This document shows, piece after piece, positions 13,195-24,200 of a stretch of DNA of 64,000 bases. The notes below the pieces were generated by a model. That model ran no database searches, had not been told where the DNA came from, and saw only the letters and a list, made by a program, of their open reading frames with translations. This DNA is from Gekko japonicus. Taxonomy: Eukaryota. The stretch lies in contig NW_015165850.1 of the NCBI RefSeq assembly GCF_001447785.1, positions 154,348 through 218,347 on the forward strand. Reading direction: 5' to 3'. Position 1 is the first letter of the stretch. Each line of letters opens with the position of its first letter. A program made the translations under genes and the position numbers.

Positions 13195-13924
13195 TGCATA
13201 CAAGTATTCATGTTAAATTCTTGGTTATGCACACCCTTGATAAAGGGTGCACTCAAACACGTACATGCTCCTAAAACAATGTACAATGCATTCCCAAACA
13301 GAATTACATCTTTCTAAGCCCACTGACTTCAATGTATAACTCTGTTTAGGATTGCATTGGTAGTGCTATAGCTAATCAGAAGTGACTGGAAGGAGGACCA
13401 TAGCCTCATTCAGGTGACAGCACTCATGCTGCAAGATGCCTTTTTGCCTGGCCCCTTCATCCCATACAGCCACACTCATACAACAATGCTCATTAGAATG
13501 CTTGCCATTGTCTGCTGTCTGTTCGTCTAGGAGACCTTGTTATCCCTTTCCCAAACACACACGTAATAGTATCAATATTTGGTTAATTATACCAGCAGGG
13601 GAAGTAAGTAGGACAGTAAGCTGTTGGAACTTTCCCTTCACCATTGCTAATGCTTCAGTGGCCCTGCCAAGGACAGCATTCAGACCCTCAGCCCGGATGT
13701 GGTAGTGAGTTCAGGGGACCCTCTCAGAAAGTGACCTATAAGACATCTGATTTGAATAACAAGGGTAGTTGTGTTCCCTGGCCGCTTCTTATCACAAGAA
13801 CAGAAAAATAGATGAAACAGTCATAGCTTTTATGAAACAGCAGCAGTTGTAGAGTGAATTTTCACTACACAGAAGAATTTGAGTTGCCAGTTTTTTCTTT
13901 ATACTTTAGATGTATGGGGGGGGG

Positions 13925-14110
13925 GATGGTATAGTATAGCCCAATCTCATCATATCTCAGAAGCTAAGCAAGGTCAGTACCTGATGGGAGACCACTAAGG
14001 AAGACTTTGCAGAGGAAAGCAATGGCAAACCACGTCTGCTTAATCAATTGCCTTGAAAACCCTGTGGGGTTACCATAAGTCAGCTGCAACTTGATGCCAC
14101 TTTACACACA
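13925..14110 (+). mobile_element. 5S-derived SINE copy (shorter variant)
   Basis: GCCCAATCTCATCATATCTCAGAAGCTAAGC...GATGGGAGACC...GGCAAACCAC...CCATAAGTC...ACTTGATGCCACTTTACACACA. Confidence 0.75.
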
Positions 14111-14484
14111 AAGTGGGCAGAGGAGCAACAGGCCTCATTTTCCCCAGCACTTCAACTGTAAAGGACTGTCCAGAACCCATGGTCATGACACCATTTTTTT
14201 CTCTCTCAGCCCCTAGAACATGGCAGAACAGTTCTCATCGAGCCATCAGACTCCCCTCACATCAAGAAGTAGAAGACTGAATTGAAGGTATCTGCCTCAT
14301 TCCTTGTCACATGGCCAACAGACACTCCTCCCATAGAGAAATGGAGGTTGAAAATATAGCTTCTGTTACCGTCCACAGCCTTTTATTCATCATCATATTA
14401 CAGAAGGTCCAGTGGAAAGTACTTAGGAAACTGAGGCATGGCAGGGCTACAATTTGAACTTCTGAAAAAAATCTGCCATTGGAC

Positions 14485-14697
14485 TAAGGTTGCCAACCTC
14501 CAGGTGGCACCTGGAGTTCCCCCAGAATTACAACTGGTCTCCAGACAACAGACATCGGTTCCCCTAGAGAAAATGGCTGCTTTGGGGGGTGGACTGTATA
14601 GCATTATACAGAGGATTCTCCCTTTCCCAAACCCCACCGTTCACAAGCTCCACCTCCAAATCGTCAGGAATTGCCCAACCCAGAGTTGGCAACTCTA
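14485..14697. mobile_element. hAT MITE of the TAGGGTTGCCA family
   Basis: TAAGGTTGCCAAC...GTTGGCAACTCTA, degenerate 8-bp TSD CATTGGAC/CATTTGAT; related copies near 19302-19499, 41641-41885, 46630-46832 and 59567-59908. Confidence 0.7.
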
Positions 14698-15106
14698 CAT
14701 TTGATCCAGTTGGAATAATTTCACATGGGCACATATACTGGGGCGCTTGAGAGAGTACATGCTGCAACTGCCCTTGGTTACAAGGATGGTGCTTGTTTTT
14801 CATCTGACTAACTTGCCCTGCATCAGAAGCCAGAGCAAGACTAGACAGTGTACAGCAGAGAAGAGCCTTCAGCAACATGTAGGAATACTCAGGCAGTACC
14901 TCTTGATATAAAAATAGAAACAGCTAAATGTACTATTCTGTCCCTATTGTTGTCTGTTAAATGTTTGAGGGTATGAAGAAGCTGTAAGTCATGGCCAGAG
15001 CTGCAACAGCAAATCATTCTGGAAATGCATTAGCAGAAGGGGGGGGGGGTATTTTAAAAAATGGACGATTTGCCCTGCCGGGGTTGCTAGCCTCCAGGGG
15101 GAAGCT

Positions 15107-15327
15107 GCCTTGACCTGGATAGCCCAGGATAGCCTGATCTTGTCAGATCTTGGAAGCTAAGCAGGGTTGGCTCCGGTTAATATTTGTATGGGAGACCACC
15201 GAGGAAGACCAGGGTCTCTATGCAGAGGGAGTGGCAAACCACCTCTGATCATCTCTTGTCTTGAAAACCCTACAGTGGCTGCCATAAGTCTGCTGCAACT
15301 TGATGGCAAAAACAAAACAAAAACAAA
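15107..15327 (+). mobile_element. 5S rRNA-derived SINE with RTE-derived body and tail
   Basis: GCCTGATCTTGTCAGATCTTGGAAGCTAAGCAGGGT...ATGGGAGACC matches the 5S rRNA internal promoter region; followed by GGCAAACCACCTCTG...TTGAAAACCC and tail GCCATAAGTC...ACTTGATGGCA. Confidence 0.8.
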
Positions 15328-16678
15328 GCGAGAAACTGGGGAAGGGGCAAGAATCAGGCACTGATGACTACAATTTGACAATAGTTTTTTTCCATTAATG
15401 GTTACAGGGTGGTGAATCAATTCATGGCATATGACAAGTGATAAAAATGTTAAAAACCTAATGGTAGCAAGAAACAAGCCCCATTTTGTATAATGCTTCA
15501 ATAGTAAACTATTCAGACACTGCTTACTAAACAGTTTGGGGGGTGCTGAATCCATTCCTTATGTCTGGCAATCCGAATCTAAAATAGTCAATCTTTAAAT
15601 TGCCAAAAATGGATTGTAAGTATTACCACATAATTCTATTTACAATTGAACTCATGAATGTAGGGACCACATTTCCAAACAGTCTGCCTCCTCACTTTGA
15701 AGTCATACAAGAGGAGCGCTTCCCTTCAGAGAGATGGAGGGAGAAGCTGGAGAGGGAGGTGAAAGCAAGCTGAGACTGAAGAAAGAACGCAGCCTGGAAG
15801 TAAGTGAGTGCAAATGGGTCTAGGATTATTGTTCTTGAGTTTCGTAGAGCTAGTGAAGCACCAGTGGGAAAGCAGAGATGGAGGGAAAATCATTATTAAT
15901 GGATTGTAGAAGAAGAGCATTTATTTCCACTGGTTGCTAGGAAAGCCCTAGAGCATGTTAGTGCATATTTGGGCAGAGAGCACTCTGTAAGCAATGGCTC
16001 CTGTAAGAAGAACTGAAATGCCATCAAAATTTATTCATAGTAGATTTATATGCTTTACATACAACAGCATTGATATCAGCAAAACCAGACTGGATGGCAA
16101 AAGCAGCTTTCATGGCAGGTTGGCAAAGAGGTTTAGAAGTCACTGAGCTAAAGAAATGCAAACCTTCAACTAGGACAAACTTACAGTCACAGATGTCATG
16201 GAGGAACTTTTACCTACAGCAGTTATAGATGGAAAATCACAACCTTCAGTCAATTACACACCAAAATGGAGTGTTTTAATGAATTTATAGATGACAATGC
16301 CACATCAGTACAAGCTATTGCTATAGATATAGCATGCCTCATCAAGCAACAGAGTAAAGTGGGAATTAAAAACAGGTCGGGAGCCCTTCAGTTACACAAA
16401 CAGGAGAATTTACTCTGAAGTGACAAGTACTGGTTGCATGGCCAAGCCCATTCTAAATACAGAGGCCCAGAAATAGAGACCTATTCCAACAACAGTTACT
16501 CAGTATTTTTTTTTTGTTTCCATGTTGATAAAACAATGTTCTGTAAAATCATGGAGCAGAAATAAGCAAAGAAACAACATCGAGATTTCCTGATTGTTCA
16601 GTTTGGTTGCCTGCAAACACACCTGAACTCTGAAAGTCATATGGAAACTATTGTCTTCTGGACTACTAGAGTCAAGGT

Positions 16679-17313
16679 TGTCATGAGTCAGCCAGGGCTC
16701 AGTGACAGTGAGGACTCCTCAGGAGAAAAGGATTCCTTGGGAAAAGAGGAGCCCCGTGTAGCCAACCTTGAGTCAACAGAAGCTAACCAGCAGGAAACTG
16801 AGCTGCAGTTGGCTGTCAGGATTCACAGCCAACAACTGGTGCAGAGCCACCAACACCCTCCAGCCCTGGTTCAGCAAATGAACCTCATTTAGTCATTCCC
16901 AGCACACCAGTATCACTGACACCCTTAGAGTGCTGAGAACAGAGTTACAGACAAGATGGCAAAGTGCACGTCGCCTGACCTGGTGCCAGCTGCTTGCTGA
17001 TAACAAAGATGAGTAGTTGCAGGATTGCTTTTGAACAGCAGGTTGCAAGCATGACCCTTAGTTGTGTGGCTATAAAATCAGCCAAGAGAAGCTGTTAGGT
17101 GTGGATGCAACAACTCTGCCTTGCCTGATTCTTGGAACCTGATTTTGGACTGAACAACTCTTCCTTGCCTGACTTCTGGAACACTGACTTTAGACTGAAC
17201 AATTCTGCTTGGCCTGACTTCTGGAACTCTGACCTTGGACTAAACAACCCTGCCTTGCCAGACCTCTGGCACCTGATACTCAGAGCCAGTCTCCCTTGTG
17301 GCAGCCTAAGACA
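16679..17313 (+). mobile_element. Probable solo LTR with internal 45-bp tandem repeat
   Basis: TGTCATGA...AAGACA ends, TATAAAA at about 17071, about 3.7 copies of a 44-45 bp unit (CAACTCTGCCTTGCCTGACTTCTGGAAC...GGACTGAA) at 17111-17276. No TSD found, so boundaries are uncertain. Confidence 0.5.
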
Positions 17314-17451
17314 TCCAAAATGCTCCAAAAAGCAATGGGGGGGAGGGGGTGTCAGATTTCCTGTGGTAGGGTGAAATAGGCAAAAATCTTCCCTTCTTGT
17401 AGGTGAGGTCCAAACCATAAGGTTGAGGGGAGGTTTCTCTGTTTTATGGCT

Positions 17452-18045
17452 AGAGCCAGTTTGGTGTAGTAGTTACGTGCGCAGACTCTAATCTGGTAGA
17501 ATCAGGTTTGATTCCCCATGTTGTGTCCACTGACCGCCACCGGAGGTCAGCGCATATACCCGAGCTTCAGTCTGGGTAGACAATGGGGACTAGGATCCTA
17601 GTCCCTCCACTGGGGAACCAATGGGAGCCATGGCGGGAGATTCAAACCCACCAATGGTGACCAAGGGGTGGTCCCCTGGTGTGTATATAGTTGGCCTGCC
17701 GGCCGTTTGTCCGCATGTCTTGTTGTGTGCCTAATAAAGCGTGCTATGCACCACGTCGTTGTCTGTCGTTGATCCATGCGGCTTCCCACTACACAATACC
17801 CCACTCCTCCACTTGCAGCTGCTGGATGACCTTGGGCAAGCCATTGTTCTGTCAGAGCTGTCCTTGAAAGAGCAGTTCTCTCAAAGCTCTCTCAGCCCCA
17901 CCTACCTCACAGGGTGTCTGTTGTGGGGAGGGGGAGGGGGAGGGGAAGGGGAAGAGAAAGGAGTTTGTAAACTGCTCTGAGACTCCAAGTGAAGGGCGGG
18001 GTATACATCCAATCTCCTCCTCCTCCTCCTTCTTCCTCTTCTTCT
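17452..18045 (+). mobile_element. tRNA-derived SINE (Squam3-like), interrupted by a solo LTR
   Basis: Box A TGGTGTAGTAG and box B GGTTTGATTCC; body collinear with the copy at 22751; (CTC/CTT)n tail. Confidence 0.8.
17519..17798 (+). mobile_element. Solo LTR (280 bp) inserted in a tRNA-derived SINE
   Basis: TGTTGTGT...ACACAATA termini, 5-bp TSD CCCCA (17514-17518, 17799-17803); two CCAAT, TATATA, AATAAA; CpGs retained. Confidence 0.85.
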
Positions 18046-19504
18046 TGATAAGATTAGGCAGGGTCCTCTGTCTTTCTTATAGCCATGGATCAAACCATGT
18101 TTACTGACCCATAGAAAGACAGAGAGAAGCTGATACAAGCCTCAGTATGGCAGAGAGAAAAGGACAAACCAAAGTGGGGGATTATTGGCAACATCTGTCC
18201 CCTTATGCACACCTCCTGAGGCATACATATACTGAAACAGTCCAAAAGATAAGAGTTCAGGTTCAGTCTTGAAAGATACTTTTCACCCATTATAAAGAGC
18301 AAACCAAGGTCTGCCATCATGTCAGCCACTCCTGTCTATATGTCAAGCTTGCCTATGGGATACATGTTTGAAGAGGCCCTTGCTGTGATGATTACTCAAA
18401 TACCAAACTGCTACAGCAAAAGACTGAGATTTGGTGGGAGATCCATTATAGGATCTCAGCAGTAGAAAGGAGTCCAGTAGCACCTTAAAGACTAACAAAA
18501 TTTGTGGTAGGGTATGGCTACCCATCTTGAGGATCTCAGCAATTCTTCTTGATCAAAAGAACTTCTGTCAGTATTTAATAGCTAAAATAATGATTGGTGG
18601 GGATGTGGGGAAAAGGAGGTATTTTACTGGCTGACAGAATATAGTATATTCTTATCCAGTATAATACCCCTACAGTTAAAAACATAGGGATTTTCTTCCC
18701 AAAATGTATGTTTTCTAATGTGTTATTTGATGTATATGTTTTGTTTAATGTATGTTTTGTCACACAGTGATACAATTAGTAAAGACTAAAATCCACAGAT
18801 TAAGTTTTATTGTATACTTTACCATAGTACCCAGGTATAAGAAATACTACTGATAAGAATCTGAATCTTTTCATGATTTTTTTGAAGCAGAGGTAGGCAA
18901 CTTTTTATAATTAAAAAGCCAAACTATGTCAAAATTCAGAGCAAGAGACCAGGATAGAAATATACACTACTGATAATTGACATGTTGATTAATAATCCAT
19001 GAAGTTCTGCATTCCAGACACTGGTTGCTGTGAGCCCTTTTTCAAGAAACAGCACACACAAGGTCCCACAATAAATAATATCCTGGGATTTGGGCTGGGT
19101 TGTCATAACACACAGATAACTCTCAGCTCTATTTTGTGTTTCTGGCTGATCCCAGGGAGGCTGTAGAAACCCTGAACTGGTGCCTGGAGACAGTTTTGGA
19201 GTAGATACAGGCTGATGGGCTGATAAACTGAAGTGTAGTCCCAACAAGGCAGAAGAGCTACTGGTGAGTGGAAGGCCTGACCCAGGATTTAAGATATCAC
19301 CTAGGATTGCCTACCTGCAGGTGGGATCTGGCAATCTCCCGGAGTTACAGCTCATCTCTAGACCATGGAGATCACTTCCCCTGGAGAAAATAGCTGCATT
19401 GGAGGGTAAACTCTATGGCATTATACCTTGCTAAGGTCCCTCCCCAGACTCTACCTCTCAAATCTTAAGGAATTTCTCAACCTGGAGTTGGCAGCCCTAG
19501 GTAC

Positions 19505-20518
19505 CCATTGTGGATGGGATTGCACTTCCAGGTCTGTAGTCTGGATGTGCTCTTGGACCCAGGCCTACTGCTGGATAAGTAGGTGGCAGCTGTGGCCAGG
19601 AGTGCCTTTTACCAGCTTCGACTAGTTAGCCATCTGCTGCCTTTCCTGGGCAGAAAGGATCTGGCCACTGTGGTGCATGCCCTGGTTGCGTCTAGATCCA
19701 CTCTATGTGGAGCTGCCATTGAAAGCTGTTTGGAAACTTCAACTGGTACAGAATGCTGCAGCCAGGATGTTGCCTGGAGTGGGCCAGAAGGACCATGTCA
19801 CTCCTGTCTTGGCCTATCTGTACTGGATGCCAATCTGTTTCTGGGCACATTCAAGAGGCTGGTGTTGACCTTTAAAGCCCTATATGGTTTGGGACCAACA
19901 TACCCAAAGAATTATCTAGTCAGGCCCGTAGCCAGGATTTTTTAAGTCAGGGGGCATTTAAATTTCTTAGGGGGCACTGGCTAATCAATTTAATCCAGGG
20001 GAGAAGGCTGTGACACCCTGGGCTAGATGGGAAGTCAGGGCGCCTTGCCAGCAAGTTGAGGGGCCTGGCCCCGAGATGCCCCACTGTAGCTACGGGCCTG
20101 TATCTAGTCCCTTATGACTCTGTCCAACCACTACAGTCAACTTCTGAGGCCCTGCTTTGGGTGCCCCTACCGCCTGGGATTAGATGGGTTGCAACTGGCA
20201 GAAGGCCTCCTCAGTCATGGCACCAAAACTCTAGAACTCTCTCCCTAGGGAGACTCATCTGCCATCTCCCACCAGTAGGTGAAGACTTTTTTTGTTTAAT
20301 TTGGTGTTCCCTCAGCAATCCCTCCTCAATTTTCTCCTTACTGTTTTTATGCTTTTGTATGTATTTTAGCTCTGGTTTCAGTTGTTTTAATGATGTGTTT
20401 CTGGGGTTTTTTAGTGGTTTTTAAGATGTTATTTTATTATGTTTGTTAGCTGCCTTGATGACCCTCATGAAAGCAGAAAGGCGATGCACAAATTTTTGTA
20501 AAATAAAATAAATAAATA
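19505..20518 (+). mobile_element. L2-clade LINE 3' fragment
   Basis: VARSAFYQLRLV...DLATVVHALVASR and LPLKAVWKLQLVQNAAARML across frameshifts; (AAAT)n tail. Confidence 0.85.
19921..20100. mobile_element. hAT MITE nested in L2
   Basis: TIR CAGGCCCGTAGC / GCTACGGGCCTG; perfect 8-bp TSD TATCTAGT. Confidence 0.9.
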
Positions 20519-22750
20519 TACACAGGAACACCCAGTACAACTGTTTTAGTGCACTGGCATAAATCTGTGCATGGTTTGCACTCAGATGAGTGGCAACTAT
20601 TCACCTCTATCATTTTCCTTTCTCTAAAGCATCTCTAAGAAGCCCTTTAGTCCCATAAGAAGCTTTGCCTGTCATTCCCTTCATATACTGATTATTCTAG
20701 CATTTTACCGATGCCTCCAATATACCTTAAAGATTTCATTTCCTTTTCTAAAGAGCCTTATTTAGTTCTCTGCTGAGCCACATTTCGCTATGGAGCCATA
20801 GGTTGCAGACCCTCATTTGAAGGCAGAGTTATGAATCCATTAACTGGGGAGAACTGAGCTGGCTAAGAGCTGTAATGTGCTAAACACTACATTGCCTTTC
20901 TATATCCCATCCAAAAAGAGGCTATTATTTCACACATGTTCAAAATCAATTATAAGAAGGAACCTGAAATCATCTAAATTACTGTGTCCTTATTTTTACC
21001 TCTGTGATGACTGCAAATGTCTTGCAAAACAGAATGCACTTACTTGACAGCATCCACTTTTTCTAGTTTAATATTCCTAGCAGTAACTACACCAACAATT
21101 CCTCCACTTGCAGAATCAACAAGTTATGCTTTGGAGGCACACTGCAAAGCAAACAATCAAGACACAAGGCTATTTTTCCTTTCTATTTTCCCTTCCTTTA
21201 CAACCTTTCCTCTTAGGATTTCTAAAGGCTCGTGTTATTACATGTAAGGCTGAAAAATTCCCTAATGTCTGATATAATTTTACACCTGTCAGGGCTCTTT
21301 TTGTAGAAAAAGCCCAGCAGGAACTCATTAGCATAACAGGCCACACCCAACAGCAGAAATTTATTAGCATATAAGGTCACACCCCTGACAACGCAGATCT
21401 GCCCTCACAGAGGAAGGAGAGCTTGTACCTGAATAAACCTTGGTCTTAAAGGTGCCACTGGACTATTTTGGATTGCTAGCTATGGGNNNNNNNNNNNNNN
21501 NNNNNNNNNNNNNNNNNNNNNNNNNNNNNNNNNNNNNNNNNNNNNNNNNNNNNNNNNNNNNNNNNNNNNNNNNNNNNNNNNNNNNNNNNNNNNNNNNNNN
21601 NNNNNNNNNNNNNNNNNNNNNNNNNNNNNNNNNNNNNNNNNNNNNNNNNNNNNNNNNNNNNNNNNNNNNNNNNNNNNNNNNNNNNNNNNNNNNNNNNNNN
21701 NNNNNNNNNNNNNNNNNNNNNNNNNNNNNNNNNNNNNNNNNNNNNNNNNNNNNNNNNNNNATGTGTGTTTGCTACCACACTATGTAGAGAGACTGATTAT
21801 GGTGAAGACAGTTTCAGCTGTAGAGAGCTTTGACTCTCAAACACTTATACCCTGGAAATCTTGTTGGTCTTTAAGGTGCTACTGGCCTCAGATCTCACTT
21901 ATTATTATAACTTCCAACATGATTAGCAGCAACCACTATTTTACAACTGGTCCCACCATCCACTATACAGACCAAAACAAACAATACGATCAACCATAAC
22001 AAGCCTGTACAGCAGTGTAAGGCCACAAAACTTTGGCGTTGCAGCAAACAGCTACATTGTGCAAGGCTTGCATGAGAAAGATGCAGGCAAAGAGGAGAGA
22101 TGCAGTGAATGGAACGGTCGCCTTCACTAGGGATGCCTGCATCAAATTCTGGCTTAGCCTTGAACCACTGGTCTTGATCAGGTCATATCAACTGTATTGT
22201 TTTGAGGACAGAATGGGTCAATGCTGCAGACACCATTCTGAGGAGCTTAGACAAAAAGATGAAATACTCATGTCATGTGATAAATCTAAGGCAGTACGGT
22301 CATGTACTGTTGCCCAGTCTCATATTAGTGAACTGTTATGACCACAGATCTGTATTTACCCAAATACTCAGGTTTTATGTCCTAAGGCTTATATTTTTCT
22401 CCCTGCCCATTTTATGTAGTTAATGCTCTGTCGGGCCACTGGAGGGTTGTTGGGAGGAGGGGGCGTGGCCAAGCCGAAATGCAGCCGGAACACCGTTCCA
22501 GTGCGTTCCAGCCCAAAAATAGCCCTGCCTGACATGAAACAAACAAACAGACTCTGTCTAGATAATTATAGCTAGAAAGAGTTCAGTCATAGTCAGATAC
22601 TCACTATCACTATGACTATAATAAGCCACATTTCTGAACATGTGATTGATCCATTAGAACAGGGTAGAAGAAAATCAGTTTTTCTACCAAAAGAAGTCAA
22701 GCCCACCACTTTTTCCTTGAGGTCAGTAGGCAGTGGGTTGGATCCAACCA

Positions 22751-23021
22751 GAGAGTCAGTTTGGTGTAGTGGTTAAGTGCACAGATTCTAATCTGGGAGA
22801 ACTGGGTTTGATTCCCCACTCCTCCACTTGTAGCTGCTGGATGACCTTGAGCAAGCCATAGTTCTGTCAGAGCTGTTCTTGAAATAGCAGTTCTTGAAAG
22901 AACTCTCTTAGCCCCACCTACCTCACAGGGTGTCTGTTGTGGGGAGGGGAAGGGAAAGGAGTTTGTAAGCTGCTCTGAGACTCTGAGTGAGGGGCAGGGT
23001 ATAAATCCAATCTCTTCTTCT
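22751..23021 (+). mobile_element. tRNA-derived SINE (Squam3-like), full length
   Basis: TGGTGTAGTGGTTAA box A, GGTTTGATTCC box B, tail GGTATAAATCCAATCTCTTCTTC; similar to 17452-18045. Confidence 0.8.
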
Positions 23022-23142
23022 TTGTCTTTTCCTTTAGTGAAAAAGAGAGGGAGGGGTCTACTTTGATGCCTCAAAGGGCTATGTAGAGAATCATGGGACT
23101 TGAATGGACAGAAGCCATGTGGGACTGAAACTGTAGTAAGAA

Positions 23143-23982
23143 AGGCTACAAGCATGGATGGCTTCAAGAGAAAATTAGATAAACATATGGAGCAGAGGTC
23201 CCTCAATGGCTATTAGCCGCAAGGTATAGAGAGGAACTCTTGATCTGGGGCAAGTGATGCTCTGTATTCTTGGCACTTGGGGACGAAGCAACAGTGTGAG
23301 GGCTTCTAGTGTCCTGGCCTCACTGGTGGACCTCCTGATGGCACCTGATATTTTTGTATACAACAATCACCATAAAGACCTCCCAGTATATATCAAACAA
23401 TAAACACAAACTGGGGAAGTCACTATCAAATGCAGAGGAATATATTGAGAAAATACATCAAATAATACTTAATATGCAAAATCCAAAATGGTACAATTCA
23501 AAAATTTAAGTCCAAAGATTACAGTAAAGATTGTTCTTTATGTTGCTATGTGGTTGTTATCTGGGACTAGCCCTTCCCTACGTTTAGACACTTCTTATTA
23601 CCACATAGCAACATAAAGAACAATATGCTTACCTGATAAATAAGAAATAAGTTCACACTACTTGGTGTTAATCACTTCTGATGAAGTCTTCCCTCGAAAC
23701 GAAGTTGAAGCCGGACTCTTCATAAATCTTTGGAAAGCTTTGGACTTGAATTTTTGTATTGTACCATTCTGGACTTCATATTTGATATTGTAATCTTTGG
23801 ACTTAAATTTTTGAATTGTACCATTTTGGAATTTGCATATTAAGTATTATTTGATGTATTTTCTCAATATATTCTCTGCATTTGATAGTGACTTACCTGA
23901 TATTTTTGGCCACTGTGTGACAGAGTGTTGGACTGGATGGGCCATTGGCCTGATACAAGATTGGCTTCTCTTATGTCCTTAT
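23143..23982 (+). mobile_element. CR1 LINE 3' end, split by a 538-bp insertion
   Basis: DGFKRKLDKHME-type ORF2 end, 3'UTR ending GGACTGGATGGGCCATTGGCCTGAT...TTCTCTTATGTCCTTAT; the two halves join at ACCTGATATTTTTG. Confidence 0.8.
23357..23894 (+). mobile_element. Penelope-like fold-back insertion with hammerhead ribozyme core
   Basis: 14-bp perfect TSD ACCTGATATTTTTG (23343-23356, 23895-23908); about 106-bp inverted repeat 23417-23523 / 23789-23894; CTGATGA (23678) ... GAAAC (23696). Confidence 0.65.
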
Positions 23983-24200
23983 AGAACAGAGCAAGCTCAA
24001 GTGGAAAACATAGCTGGATCCAACCCCCCATGTAAGATTCTTAAATAGAACTGAAAACATCAGCACATTTATTTATACAAAACATTAAACTATTAATTCA
24101 GATTTTTTAAAATGCTTTTTTAAACTGGGTTATAATTAGGTATCTCCTTTGGCTACTCCCATGGTCTGGTTTCAGGTGTTTAAGACAACTTTTAAAAACC

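Larger units (their letters stand above)
22735..24026. mobile_element. MITE with TIR GGGTTGGATCCA hosting nested SINE, CR1 and Penelope-like inserts
   Basis: Perfect 12-bp TIR at 22735-22746 and 24015-24026; residual internal sequence matches the reverse complement of the uninterrupted copy at 3935-4111. Confidence 0.7.

Noticed and set aside
15107-15220. 5S rRNA gene
   Set aside because: Diverged, lacks the 5S 5' end, fused to an RTE-type tail and dispersed; it is a SINE head.
17111-17276. CRISPR-like repeat array
   Set aside because: Eukaryotic DNA; units are contiguous with no unique spacers and no cas genes.
17452-17518. tRNA genes here and at 22751
   Set aside because: A and B boxes are present but continue into SINE bodies; no proper acceptor stem.
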